Shown here: piece by piece, positions 40,901 to 53,800 of the stretch | How the letters are laid out: the number at the start of each line of letters is the position of its first letter | How positions within the stretch are numbered: position 1 is the stretch's first letter | From: Nageia nagi | Taxonomy: Eukaryota; Plantae; Pinophyta | Length of the DNA: 64,000 nucleotides | Assembly: GCA_050084985.1 (NCBI GenBank) | Contig: JBITNC010000002.1 | Location: forward strand, 3,224,001-3,288,000 | Reading direction: 5' to 3' | Program-made: the position numbers and the translations under genes | Notes under the pieces: generated by a model | The model's database searches: none | What the model saw: only the letters and a program-made list of their open reading frames with translations | What the model was told of the DNA's origin: nothing

Positions 40901-43900
40901 TTTTGTTGTATTTTTTGATGATATTTTGATTTTTAGTAGGCCATGGCTAGAGCATTTGACACATGTCAAGATTCTTTTGGAGCTTATTTGTTAGCATAAG
41001 CAGTCAAAGATGAAGTCATCATTTGAACAACAATCAGCTAAGGACTTCTGTTCCTCACAATGGAGTTGGGATCCAGGTAGATCCAGATAAAGTTGGAGCC
41101 CTCGAAGACTACCACAACTTAGCACCATTCTTCAATGAAAGAGTTTTCTTGTATGTATGGGCTTGTAAAAGAAGTAAATTTTCATATTAACGATTCCCTT
41201 CATTAACTTACCAACAGAAAGGCTCTTACTTGGCCTCAAGCTGATCATATTTTCCAATGCCTCAAAGATGGTTTATGCTTATCATTTGTTCTTTCATTTC
41301 CTGATTTCCAATAGCCATATGGAATTGAACCTAACAATTTGCTATAGGCACAGTTCTTAAGCATTGAGGACATCTAATGGCCTGTCAGGCTAAAAATTAT
41401 CCTAAGCGAAGCTTAAATACAACACTGGTGGCAAAATATTCTTTGTATTGATCTAAATACTTAAGCAACTAAGTCACTTTCTCCTTGGGAAAGAAGTAAG
41501 CTTGCACATAGATCACCAATCCCTTGAGTTCATGAATTCTCAATAAAAACTTCAAAAACATTGACACATCAAGTGAGCATTTTTTAGTCAACAATTTCAT
41601 CCGGTCATCAAGTGGAAGGAGGGTTCCTCAAACAATGTAGTAGATCTCTTGCAACCTCCTCTAAGCTTTTTTACCGTTTTAAACAGTCATTGTGCAGCTC
41701 AAGAAGACTGCAAAGATCTATACTCCTTTGATCCATGTTATGAATCTATAGTTGCAGCATAGAACCAACTGGCAATGGTTAAATAGGCTCTTTTCTTGAT
41801 CACTATTTTGAAGAAGCCTTTTTATATCACACTAATCGGTTGTGTTTCAGTGGGATGAATCTGCAACAGTCTACTAAGAGGAACCTGTTGGGGGTTTTTC
41901 TTTCCTACCTTGCTGATGGTCAAATGCATGCAAGGCTTGTGGGAAAACTCCGACACCTGAGTTGTAGGGCGTTACCCCTACCCGCTATGAGGACTTTACC
42001 TCAAAGGTTTGGAAATGGAGGGTACAAGGGTTCACTCAGGCGAAAGGGTGGAGATGTTTAAAGCTGTAGCCAACACAAAATATAATTTTGTTAATCAAGG
42101 ACTTGAAGGTTTTCCAATCCAAGTACAACCGTTTCTAAAAAAAAAAAGGGAAAATAAAACAAAGAATCTGTTGCGAAAGCCGTGCAAAGAAAACGAAAAA
42201 GAAAGAAAAGATGTGAAAAGACAGTGATATATGAGTTGGGCTCTCAAGCTAAGTTTTCACCGATTAATACGATTTTGTGAATAGAACTTGTGCGAGTTTG
42301 ATTTAAGTTCCACGCACCCCGATTCTGGCTCGAAAGGCGATGACACGAACGTTTTGACGAGAGGAGCTTGGTGCTAAGGCAATGAAAGAAAGGTGAGGCA
42401 TGGGTAAGACTCAATCCTGGGGTGAAGTTCTTATGCTAAATGACATACACAAGTCATCTTACAAACAAATTAATCCTGAGTGCAAACTATGAAACATCAC
42501 AATGAAACATTTCTTGAACTATTTCCAAAAGATATGCAAGCATTCTTTTATCCACCCATTAGGTTTATAAAATGATCCAAATATTCAAGATAGCATTCAC
42601 ATGTAATACTCATTCACATTCATAGTCTCAAATGAAAACCAACTCACTTCAATTACTTGAGATAAATCACAATTGCGAAAAGGGAAAACTCGTAAGTTTT
42701 AGAGTATTATTTTAAGTAGTCCCAGTTGCAAAAAATGTTTGATCTTTACAAATGAGCCCAAATGGGCTATATATAGTTTTTGAGCAACCCAAAGTGTTGC
42801 CCTAACCCTAATTATGATTTCCAAGAAAATCAAATATGGTCCAACAAAAACATGCCACATGGCATCATAAGATATCCTCCAAGTTTGTGGGAGCAAATTC
42901 TCATCCATCACAAAATTGGGAATTTATTAACAATAAATTAAAGTCTCCAAAAATAACCATGAAATAAATAGTAAATAAAAGACAACAAATGTTGTGACTA
43001 GGCAGTTGGTGGGTCCAACGCCTCCACACGTCTCTCAAAGTCATCATCCAAGAATGTGGCCGTGAGCTCCAATCCATGTAACATTTTTGACAGCTTCGGC
43101 CCATTCTTCATCACACTGCGCTCTACCTTGTTGATGATCCTTATCATGTCCTCCCATGCGTGGGCTTTGAGCAAATGCTCCAAGTGACTACCTGTTTGGA
43201 AAGTATTAATATCCTCGATCATGATGAGACTGTGAAGGAAATGTCTCACTTCCGCCACTACAAGTTCTTGTTAGAATTTGTAATGAAATATTGTGAATAT
43301 CTAAACTCCTTGTAAATTCAATTAATCACTTAAAGGATATGTAGATACCTTAAGGGATTAATTGAATTCTTTATTATGTGTGGACTTTGACCTAACCATG
43401 GGGTTAGTTGGTAGGTTGAAGTTAGATCACACATTTATTGTAACCCTAACCTTACCCTTGGGTTAAAGGGAGGTTAGGGAGGTACTCTAAAACTATAAAT
43501 AGAGGGCCTCTCCTCTTGTAATTCACATCTTAGATTTGGAGTAACATTACTCTACTAGTTTAGGAGAGAGGAAGAAAGAATTGTTGTAAGAGAGGCATAG
43601 TTGAGAATAGAGAGCTAGTTGTGGATGTACTCCCAAGGAGGGAGGAACCACATTACATTGTGTCATATTGTGTGAATGGTGTTAGTAGCTTATTAGATGT
43701 TGAATGATGAATGATTTAGCTTCCTAGTCTTAGGTCCTTGAGAATTAGATCTAGGCTAATTCCAACAGTTCTTTGTCACGGATGCCTGCATCGTCATCAA
43801 TGAACTTCACCTGAAACTCCATCTAATCAAGAAAAGTGTTTGCCTTGTCATTGAGCTTTTGAAACTCCTTTTGCATCTCCTGGAATAGGGTGGTTATGTG

Positions 43901-46900
43901 GTTAACTACCCCCAATTAGAACCAATATACCTCACAAAACTTTATATCTTCTAGTCTCCGATTTCGTATCATCTCGAACTGCATGATCATGGGCCGCCTA
44001 GAATCCAGGATCCGAAGGAAACTAGTTCTCTCCATGATGACGTCCTTGAGCTTTTTTTTTCGAATGCTATCCTCTCTAGTGCTTCAATGGATTGTTGCAC
44101 TGCCACCAAGACCTCATCTATATGCTTATTCTTTACTGCAATCATACCCTCCTTTAGCGGTTTGATCTTTTGGTGCTCTTTAGTGGGTACCTTAGCTGAT
44201 TCCAATTCCTTGGTCAATATCCTTTGTGTGGCTAGCTCCTTCTTGAGGCCTTCGATCTCCTTATCTTTCATCATACCATCTTTGGTGATGGCCTCAACGT
44301 TGGAGATGATTGCATGTTTCTGACCAGCCAGACCAATCGGACCTGTATTGATGATTTGGTTAATTTGTTGGAGGTCTTCGGGACATTGTGGATTCTCCTT
44401 ATCAGCTATAATGGTCTTGATGTGTATAGCGTTCTTAGCTAAATGCACATATGTCTGGGTTTTCCCTGGACGGGTGGACCTTTCTTCAACCTAGTTGTTT
44501 TTCTCTTCCGCCCTAAATTCTCCTTCGACATCCATATTAAACACATCTAAACATTCTTCCATATTGACACACCTGTCATTCGTGGGTGATGGCTGATAAG
44601 TGTCCACAATTGCCTTTGGAATAGTAACAACGTTCTTCTTTACTCTTCTTGAGGGTCTCTCTTCTCCTTGCTCAGCATGCTCACTTGAGGCTCTTGTAGC
44701 TTGTGATTGTGGGGTTCTCTTTAATCGGGTCCTCTTTTGCACTGTCTTGGATATTGGCTCCTTGTGCTTCTCAATAGATGGCTTTGTCGCTGATGCCTTA
44801 TGGGTTTCTGCCAATATCTCTACAGATTCATCTTGTTTCTGTGCATCTGGCATTTCCTCATCTTGGGTTGCATTCTCTTTTTGTTCTTCTTCTGATGCTC
44901 CAATCTCCCCTTCCTCTTGATTTTCATCAGGCTTATATGAGGGGTTGGAGGGTGATGATCCGGATGGTGGAACAACTGGTGACCTCCCGATTGTCGTGTT
45001 CCTAGGTGGTCTTGGAGATGGAGAAGGATCTTTGTGTCTGTTTCTCACGCATCTCACCACCTTGTTTGTAGATACTCGCTCTAGTTCCCTTGCATCATGC
45101 TCATCCATGGTGGCTTGCACTTGTTGCACAACTTGTTTGATTGGCCTTTAGCCTCGCATGGGCACATATTGTCCAACTGGTGTTTCAACAACTAGAGGGA
45201 ACTGTGTGACTCTGGAAGTAGACTCCTGAGGTTTTCTTCGCTTGTGCTGCGAGAGTCTTTTACTGATAGTAGCTTCAACACGATGTTGCTAGTCATTTGC
45301 ATCCTTGTGTACCCTTTCCCTTATCTTCTTCATCTCTATCTCATTGTTGATATTCTAGAAAGGCTCCTCGTCTACGAGTGACTTATGCTTATAAGGTTTC
45401 TTCCTTTCCTTCATGAAGAATGAGTGCATTCTATGATCCAGATCATAATGGTTGGCAATAGGCATCTTCTTGAAATTGAATTTGGCCAACTCTTCTTTCA
45501 TGGTTTCCACATCCGTACAAAACTTGCACTGATATTCTCCTACAGCAATCGGCAAATTGGAGGTAGCCGATTTCTTCTGCCATACCTGCTTGTTTAGAAA
45601 GGCCAACTGCCTCATCATCTCCATTAATAGCATCCTGTTACTCACGAATCTTGGCAATTATTAGGGCTGGATGGCTGATTCGTGTATACGAATGTACGAA
45701 TAGTGTTGGTGATGGAAGAAGAGGTCCCCATGTTTCTTCAAAGCATCTTGGGCTGAATTGGAGATCCTAGCAACTGTGATCTCTCCCTTAAGTTCTTTGT
45801 ATATTTCATACTCCCATCCATCATTTATCATTACAAAACTATCCCATCTCCTTTCCAACTTCCATTTGGGGTAGCATTTCCAAATGGAATATGTCCTTTT
45901 TTCTATCCAAGCCGTCTCACCCTGAGCTGTATCTCTATACTTGTCATGAAGCAACATGTACATGAGGTATGAATTGAGGTAGAATTTACGAGTGGTACCC
46001 AAGGATGACAATTGATTAGCTATGGAGTTGCTTAACACGTTGCTCCATTTAATTCTCCTCCCTTTGGTGATCTCTAGGATGAACCCAACGAACTCTTTCC
46101 TAAACTTTGAGGCGTCTTCCTTCCCAAGGATTCTAGACAACAAGAGAATAATCAACTCCATTGCAGAATAGAAGTTGGAGTGAGGAGCATTGATAAGTGC
46201 ATTTCCCTTCAATCCGTGATGCTCCTCCAACATCCAACTCTTGACAACGACGGCTGCTTTGGGGTCTCTTGGTAACAAGCTAATGATCTAGCCTCGCTAT
46301 ACTCGACTTCTCCTTCAGCAGTCCACTGAAATGCTGTTTTGATGGCATCCGGGCTGAAATCCATTATGATGTCTCCTTTGATACCTCGAAGGACTCTCTC
46401 CCCTTTTTGCCAAGAGTGGCCAACCTCCATGCATAATTCAGGAAATGGAGCTGTGAATGGGACTAATGTACAAGTGGAGAGTCCGGAGAAGAAGACGATA
46501 TCTTTCTCCAAGTCAGTGATAGGAAGACCATGAGTGCCTTCTCTCATCTGCGTAGGATCAACATTTTGCCAATCTGCATCTTCGATGGTTGCAAAACCGT
46601 TTCTCAAGAGTTTAGCCCTTGGGGAAGGGCTTGTTGTCTCTCACGAATGGAGATGACACAATCCTGTTTCAATTGCTCGAGATCCCTATCGAAGTCTGAA
46701 GCTGAATTACCCTTAGAAGTCATGATGTTTTTACTAGCAGCGAGGCTCCTCAAGAGTGCTGTGTGGGTTTCCAGGTAAAGATGACATCCAAATTGGAGGT
46801 TCTTGCCTTCCAAATGCTTGCGCAAGCCCTAAGGTGGATAAATGATGATGTTTGAGCACACAAATTTGCAATTTGTTGTTGTCCTAGTGCAAAAGTAGAA

Positions 46901-49900
46901 GAGGAGCAAGTTTTGAGTTTGAGAAAATGAGGTCGTGAAGCTTGTATTTATAGCCCATTTGGCTTCCAGCTTGCCCTAGTCTACTAGGGTTACTAACATA
47001 ACTCATCATAGCCCTCCACCTGGCCGACCTTGAGATGTGTGCCGACCCAAAAACTCGTACCAAGCTGCCTGTGCCCGAACGTTTGGGTTTTAATATTCAA
47101 CTTGGCTTGGCGCATGGGAAAAAAAGACAAAAAAGTGACTTTTTGAACCATGCGCCAACCTTGGGAGCTTGTATGCTTCCAACGTTGGGTATCTTGCCTT
47201 CATGTTTGCTTGCCTTGATCGCCTAACTCACCCAGTAACCTGATTTTTCCTGATTCCTGGTCTTTTAGTCGGCTGGACTTGTCAATTTTGGCGTTTCATA
47301 ACTTGTGGACTTGACTCATGGTTCAAAAAGTCAAGTTTGTGACTTTTTGAGGTATGTGCCAGCCTTGCCTCTCCATCTAGCCTGGTCGCATCGTTCAAAA
47401 AGACAAGTTTTTGTCTTTTTGAAGCATGCGCCAGCCTCCAATTGGCCTATTTTTCCAAATTTGATTTTCAAGTGCTCATGCTTTAGCCAAATTTTCATGT
47501 TTCTTGAATCTTGGAGGCTCCATGGGCTTGGCACATGTCTCAAAAAGTCAAGATTTTGTCTTTTGAGACCATGTGCCAGCCCCTCTGGGTATACTTGAAT
47601 TAGTTTTGAGTTTCGGGGTTCGGGACTTGTCAAATTTTCACCTTTGCTCAAACTGGCAACCTTCCTAGGCTTGGTGCATGGTCCAAAAAAGTAAGATTTT
47701 GTCTTTTTGAAGCATGCGCCAGCCTCCTGGGTGGTTCATGATCATTTTCCAACTCTCATACTTGCTCAACTTGTCTTCTTGACCAAATCGCATGGTTCAA
47801 AAAGACAAGATTTTGTCTTTTCAAACCATGCGCCAACCTTGTAGTGCCTTTGACTTAGATTTTTCATGTTCACTTTTGCTCCACTCTACTCCCCGTGTTT
47901 GGCGCATGCCCAGGAAAGACAAGATTTTGTCTCTTGGAGGCATGCGTTGGGCTTGCAAGTGCCCAAATTCCATCCTTGAGCTTTTCCTTCATGAAGAATG
48001 ACCCCCAAGCCCAATCGCATGGTTCAAGAAGACAAGTTTTTGTCTTTTCAAACCATACGCCAGCCCTTGGAGAGGCCCAGTTCGCTTTGATCGGGCTATG
48101 ACTCTTCCTAGACTCCCTAGTTCACCTAAGATCGACTTTTACCCTTCTCAAACTTAGCCCCTTTTAAAGATTTTGGAAATCCTATCTTGACATGACTAAC
48201 CCTAGACGAAGGAAGAGGCTTGAACTATAAGTTGTCCATGAATCTGGGTCTTTGAGACGCAACTTGGGTGGAATTGATGATGACAAAACAAAGTATATAC
48301 ATTGACGCATTGAGGGTCCCCAAAATTGCAGGATTTTGGGGAATGTTGTGTTTCAGTCACAACAGAACCCATTCACCATTTCTTCTTGCATCTTTGTTTG
48401 GTGTGCTATTTCTTTGAAATGGGTATCTCATTCTTTGCCTCTAAAAACGAGATTTGTTTTTTAAGCTTTTTTGGAGTCACTTTGGTTTGCAATTATTATC
48501 ATCTCTGATTGTGAATTCCTCTATTCTTGATTAATATTTTACAATCTATATGGAATTTACCTATATGTCACTTATATTTCTCCACAACCTATCTTTTGCA
48601 AATTCACCCTGACTGAGATTATCAGTTACACCTTAATCCATGCTCGGCATTTATCATCAGTAAAACAAATATTGGAATGATTATCTACACATTCTAAACC
48701 ACAGTAATAATTGTTAAAGTATGCTATTCATGATTTGGTCTGTAATCATAGCCACCTAAAATGAATTGGAACAATAAATTCACAATTACAACAAATTGCT
48801 GAAATACTCTTTAAACAAGTTTGCTTTTGTAAGAAAAATAGAACCATAAATTCTGACTTTATTCAAATTTACACTCAATTAGTGTGGCCTTGTTTGTTTT
48901 GTTACAAAAGTGGGAAGCAATCATAAGAAAATGCATGAGAGGGGGCACTCCTTAGTTAATCATTCAGTTAGAATGCAAAACTAATCATGAACTGAGCTCT
49001 AGCTTGTCGTGGACTGAACTGATCTACAAACCAGAAGTGAGACTAACTAAAAATGCTCCTATACATGGTCATGCATGGTCTTCTTTGGAATTAACACAAC
49101 TCCTAAAACATGCTGACGGTCCTTAGGTGACTAAGAATTCAGCTGAACTGAGAATGAAGTACATGTGAACTGTTCACAACTAAACGAGAACTGAAATTAC
49201 AAAGTTAGCTTATTAGGTGCCAACTAAGTCAGCTGGATCTCTCATTAAGTGGCACATGATAGGAGAATTCAGACTCTGATCCAACTTGGTGTCCACAACG
49301 TGTTCCCAAGCACATTTTCTTGCCACAGCTTGCTGTGCTGGAGCAACACAAGGCAGCTTTTGAACTGTCTATGATTGAAGGCTGTTGCTGTTGGTCTTTA
49401 AGTCATAGATGCCATTAATCAGTCAGAAAAATCCAATTCCTTTAGGTGGAATTGCATTGATGACAAGCTTTCATGTAAAATTCAGAAAGTCAGATTCTTT
49501 TGAAATCAGAAAGAAACATAACTTCTAGTATAATACTTTCGTGAATATGGTTACATCTCTTGTAAGAATCTGAGTAAATTTTATTATTGCAGTGAATGGG
49601 ACAAGCCACCATCTGACATGCTACCTCCAGGCTCAGTATCAGTGAAGGTACATTTTAACATATTTTTTCTTATGGAGTTAAAATGATTGTTTAGTTTTCT
49701 CTGATCATTTGAAATTCTTTACAAAAAAACATATTAGTCATTTGTGTGCAATTGAACTAAAATTTTATCTTCACTGTCGACATAGGATTATGCAGTACAA
49801 ACTCCATTGCTGCAGCAAACATTACCAGCAGGTCAAAGAATAAGTTATGTGCAATTTGACATCAATGATACTGATTCTATTGCAACAATTCAATTTGTTT

Positions 49901-50152
49901 TAAAGGTCAAAATACCTTATTTGTTTATCATGTTTCTGTTTTTTTAATGTCAAAATTCAATTATTTTAGCCATGCTTGAGTTCATGTCATATGGTTTGTC
50001 TAATTATTTTGTTTTGTTTATTATGTTATAGGATGAGGACACAGGAAATTGGTACAAAGATGATGGGAAAAACTTCAGGGTTATTCTTGATCAAGCCATA
50101 CAAAATGATTTGTACAGACTCAACAACCATAAGGATTTAAGTATGTGGCCAG
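37964..50152 (+). CDS. AMY3: Chloroplastic alpha-amylase 3, N-terminal part (transit peptide + first CBM45); exons 37964-38281, 38402-38532, 49593-49647, 49786-49905, 50032-50140/50152; the gene continues beyond the window
   Basis: Spliced translation FPLKRTVK|VDGKI..CHIPGRWVLHWGVTY..S|EWDKPPSDMLPPGSVSVK|DYAVQTPL..IQFVLK|DEDTGNWY..NFRV matches the plant AMY3 N-terminus; GT-AG junctions in phase. Confidence 0.92.
40330..41885 (+). mobile_element. Highly degenerate Ty3/Gypsy pol fragment (RT, RNase H) in AMY3 intron 2
   Basis: ORF 40746-40994 contains YKWLFMPFGLINVATTFM..VVFFDDILIFS; RNase H remnants follow; a tandem duplication with about 70-bp period at 40440-40576. Confidence 0.8.
42998..46723 (-). 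pseudogene. LTR-embedded ORF of about 1070 codons, unknown function (N-terminal globular region, low-complexity linker, C-terminal coiled coil)
   Basis: ORFs 45661-46278, 45355-45657, 44491-45129 and 43987-44448 are all in one frame; about three frameshifts; the frame is restored (RDK-ELVVAEV) on removing the nested solo LTR; TATAAATA at 46945-46952. Confidence 0.8.
43269..43767 (+). mobile_element. Solo LTR (499 bp, Copia-like) nested in the LTR-embedded gene; TSD GTTCT
   Basis: TGTTAG..CCAACA flanked by GTTCT; CTATAAATAG; shares GTGGATGTACTCC..GGAGGAACCAC with the LTR at 1322. Confidence 0.92.
47109..48061. repeat. Array of eight 48-bp imperfect palindromes separated by unrelated-looking spacers
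   Basis: Consensus GGCGCATGGTTCAAAAAGACAAGATTTTGTCTTTTTGAACCATGCGCC; starts at 47109, 47313, 47385, 47530, 47673, 47787, 47901, 48014. Confidence 0.92.
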
Positions 50153-51532
50153 GCCAGATTTTAGCTTTCTATCATATTGCAAATGTTAATTTAGTTTGCT
50201 AAGTTTCCATGAATGTTTCAGAAAAAAAATTATTAGTGCTGGAAGAAGAATATACATCAAATTAAAAAAAAAAGGTTAGAAGGAATTTTGAATTCTGCAA
50301 AGGCATGAACGATGTTTTCAGATCAATCACCCATGCCTAGCTTAGAAGAACCGGTGGGGATGAAGGAAGTTAGGTCAGAAGAGCTTGGTTGTCTTCATAA
50401 GTGGCTCATGGAGAATGTTTCAGGTCAGCATGTACCTCTCATGGAAGTTCCTCAGCAGAGGGAAAGTGGTGTGTCATTGGTCTGTCAGGGAAATAGGGGT
50501 CATCATGTCCAGTTCACTTAGAGTTAAAGATCTGTAGGAGAGTCGCTGAACTTGAAAAGTCAAGTAGCAAGAGGTAATGCATATGACCCCCTCAAAAGTG
50601 CCTGTGGATCTAGGGGGTGTGCTAAAGGATTCAACTAAATAAGTCTCTACTCAAGATGTCCCAGATTCGAGAGAGAAGAATTTGGGTTGGGTGGATCATG
50701 TGAAGGGTAGTAAGTCTCCAATAGCAGAAGGAAGGGAGATTAAAATTTTCATCTCTACGAAACAAATGAAGAAGGGATTGTTCTATGAATTTTATAAGAT
50801 TCTAGACAGGGCCTAGAGCATAATGGGTAATAGTTTGATTGGAGAATTCACTAGTGCTGGACCATCCATAGATCAGATTAAGAAATGGGCAAGCTACAAT
50901 TGGAGAATCAAGGGACATATGTAGTTCTCAGCTCTCTCTAGAGGCTTTTCTTACAGTCTAAAAATATAAAGGTAGCTTCTATTTGGGTAAAACTTATGTT
51001 GTGCCTGCATAACACACAGGCAATGAGGTGCATTGCTTTGAGATTGGCTTTTGGTAATGGATAGTTCATTTTGAAGAGTGCAAACATGATATCAGGGAGC
51101 GATTCAAGGAGATCTTGCGACGAAGATCCTAAAGAGTATCAGAGTATTCCGTCACCAATTTTGCAGCCAAGGAGCCAGGATTTGAGAGACAACATCAAAG
51201 CACGAACTTTTGGGTCTAGAGTGCAGACAATGCACATCGGGTAGGTTTTGCAAAGTTTGAGCTCACAAATGTCAAGTATGACAAAAAGGCGTGTTTTTGC
51301 AGGATTTGAGCACAAAGGTGCCTAGGTGAAAAAAGACGAGCGTTTTTGTCAAGTTGGAGTCCGAGTACAGTGAATATGGCTAAGATGACAAAAATAAGTG
51401 TTTTTGTCAATTTTGACCCTGGAAAGCCGGAAAGAGCAAATGTGATAGAAAATATGCATTTTTGTCAATTTTGAGCTCGGAAGTGGTCATTAAGGCAAGA
51501 ATGTGCATTTTTGCATAGCTTGGACCCAGAAA

Positions 51533-51660
51533 GCTCGAAAATGGTCAAAAATGCAAAGTTGAGCCCAAAATGCTCGAAAATGGTCAAAAATACAAAGTTG
51601 AGCCCAGAATGCTCGGAAATGGTCAAAAATGCAAAGTTGAGCCTAGAATGCTCGGAAATG
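51533..51660. repeat. 39-bp tandem repeat (about 3.3 well-conserved copies, degenerate copies nearby)
   Basis: GCTCGRAAATGGTCAAAAATRCAAAGTTGAGCCYARAAT. Confidence 0.9.
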
Positions 51661-51999
51661 CTTGGAAAGTGCAGTTTTGGCAGGGAATGCACATAAATGT
51701 TCGGTTTTGATCAGAAATGGTCGGAAATGTAGAGTTTGAGCTCTAAAGTGCCAAAAATGCCGAAAATTATTGTTTTTCAGAGATTGAGCTCGGTGTTGAC
51801 CATAAATTTCGGAAATGACCATTCTTCAAAGTTTAAGCTCGGAAATGGTGGATAGCGGTCCGAAATGCACAAGTTGTGTCCAAGAGCATAGTTTGAGGAT
51901 TTTGGTGATATCAAAGCTCGGGTTTTGACACATAGCTCCCAGGAATGGCAAAATATGAAAATTTTTCAAGAGACAAATGCAAATGTTATCGAAAATCAA

Positions 52000-53800
52000 G
52001 TCTAAGAGCATCCTTGGAGAGATAAGGTTATTTCTAACACAATTAGGACTTGAAATTTTTGATTTTGACCAAGTTTTGAGCCCTCCAAGCCTGGGCATAG
52101 TTTTTCAAGCCAATGGAAATCCATTGAGGTGTATTTTGGCGCCTAGCTACCAAAGGGAAAATGAAATTTGTCTCGAAAATCAAGGGAGATGGTTTGATTG
52201 CATGTAAAATCCCATTCTAAGGCACTTTAGGTCTACAAATTTTTGATTTTGACCAATGGAGGTGCCCTAAAATCCTAGGCGCAAGTTTCCAAGTGATTGG
52301 AAATCCATAGACTTGCATTTTGGCGCCTAACTTGAAGGAGAGAAATAGATTTTGACCAAAAGACCAAACCAAAGGCACAAATTGATGGAAAAAGGGGTTT
52401 CAAGCACATTTAGGTCTTCAATTTTCCAAATTTGAGCAAGTTTTCAGGCTCAAAAAGCTAGGCGCATGTTTTCAGATGTATGGAAATCCAATGGAGTGAT
52501 TTTTGGCTCCTAACTTGGAGAGATAATTGCAAAACTCAACGAAAATAAATCCTAAGGTGCTTATTGGGTCAAAAATGGCATTTCTAGCACATTTAAACTT
52601 GCAAATTTTCAATTTTGAGCAAGTTTGATGGCTCAAATTCCTAGCCACAGTTTCCCATATTTTTCTAAATCCAATGGAGTGATTTTTGGCGCTTAACTTG
52701 GAGAGATAAGTGCCAAACTCAACAAAAATAAATCCTAAGGTGCTCATTGGGTCAAAAATGGCATTTCTAGCACATTTAAACTTGCAAATTTTCAATTTTG
52801 AGCAAGTTTTATGGCTCAAATTCCTAGGCATAGTTTCCCATATTTTTCCAAATGCAATGGAGTGACAAATGGCGTCTAAAATGAAAATTTGAGAAATTTT
52901 CATCAAAAATCAAGTTTGGGGTGTCCATTAGTTGAAATTGAGCATTTTGAACACATTTGGGTCTTGGAAAAATCAATTTTGAGCACTTCTAAGCACCCTA
53001 AAGGCTAGGCGCAGGTTTTCAAGGCTATGAAAATCCAAAAAAATGAAAAATGGTGCCTAGGATAAAACAATTTCACAAATTTTGGTCAAAACACAAGTTT
53101 GATGGGTCAATTGGGTGCAAAATGTGATTTTGAGCACATATAAACTTGCAAATTTTAAATTTTGAGCAAGTTTGATGGCCCAAATTTCCTAGGTGCAGGT
53201 TTGGGGCTGATTAAAGATCCATAGGACTGAATTTTGGCACCTAGGTTGGAAAACATTGATAGATTTCACTCAAAAATGAAGTTTGACCCCTTCATTGCAT
53301 AGAAAAAGGCATTTCTAGCACATTTAACACTTGGAATTTTTGATTTTGAGCCATGGAAACCCCTCAAAAAGGAAGGCGCAGATTTTCATGCCATTGGGAA
53401 TCCATAGACCTGAAAATTGGTGGCTAACATGGAAGAATGTGAAGATTTTGCTTAAAACTCAAGTTTTTTGACATATTTGTATGGAAAATGCCATTTTGAA
53501 CACATTTAATACTTCAAATTTTCAATTTTGCACAACTTAAAGGCACCAAAAAGCTAGGCGCAGTTTTGCATGTGTATGGAATTCCAATGAGGTGAAAACT
53601 AGCGCCTAACTTGAGGAGGATTGACAAATTTTGCTCAAAATTCGAAAATTTTGCCTTCATTGCATATAAAATGACATTTTAAGCAACTTTAAACTTTGAA
53701 ATTTTTGAATTTGAGCAAGGTAAAGGGCTCAAAAATCTAGGAGGCATTTTTCATCCCTATGGAAATTTCACTTTTTTCTATCAAATGAAATCCATAGACA
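52000..53800. repeat. About 183-bp tandem array (about 10 diverged units) inside the solo LTR
   Basis: AAATCCA-type anchor recurs at about 52117, 52301, 52484, 52667, 52850, 53032, 53215, 53399, 53580, 53762. Confidence 0.85.

Larger units (their letters stand above)
41886..48364 (-). mobile_element. Giant solo LTR (about 6.0 kb without the nested insert) containing a protein-coding gene; TSD GAACC
   Basis: TGTTG at 41886, CAACA at 48364, GAACC on both sides; no internal LTR duplicate, PBS or pol seen; minus-strand ends (TGTTGTG.CTG..GGAAAG..CCCAACA) resemble those of the solo LTR at 50997. Confidence 0.8.

Noticed and set aside
47109-48061. CRISPR array
   Set aside because: Eukaryotic LTR context, degenerate 48-bp repeats, spacers of 24-156 bp, and no cas genes.
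41839-48357. 13-bp direct repeat GTTGTGTTTCAGT as a long TSD
   Set aside because: TGTTG..CAACA ends with a perfect GAACC TSD at 41886/48364 explain the insertion better; the second copy lies inside the LTR terminus.
14038-50152. GH3 + AMY3 as a carbohydrate gene cluster with a bidirectional promoter
   Set aside because: The start codons are about 20 kb apart across TE nests and the products act in different compartments (secreted versus plastid); adjacency alone is not evidence.
51465-52906. ORFs within the 4.2-kb solo LTR
   Set aside because: Repetitive translations of the 39-bp and 183-bp units.
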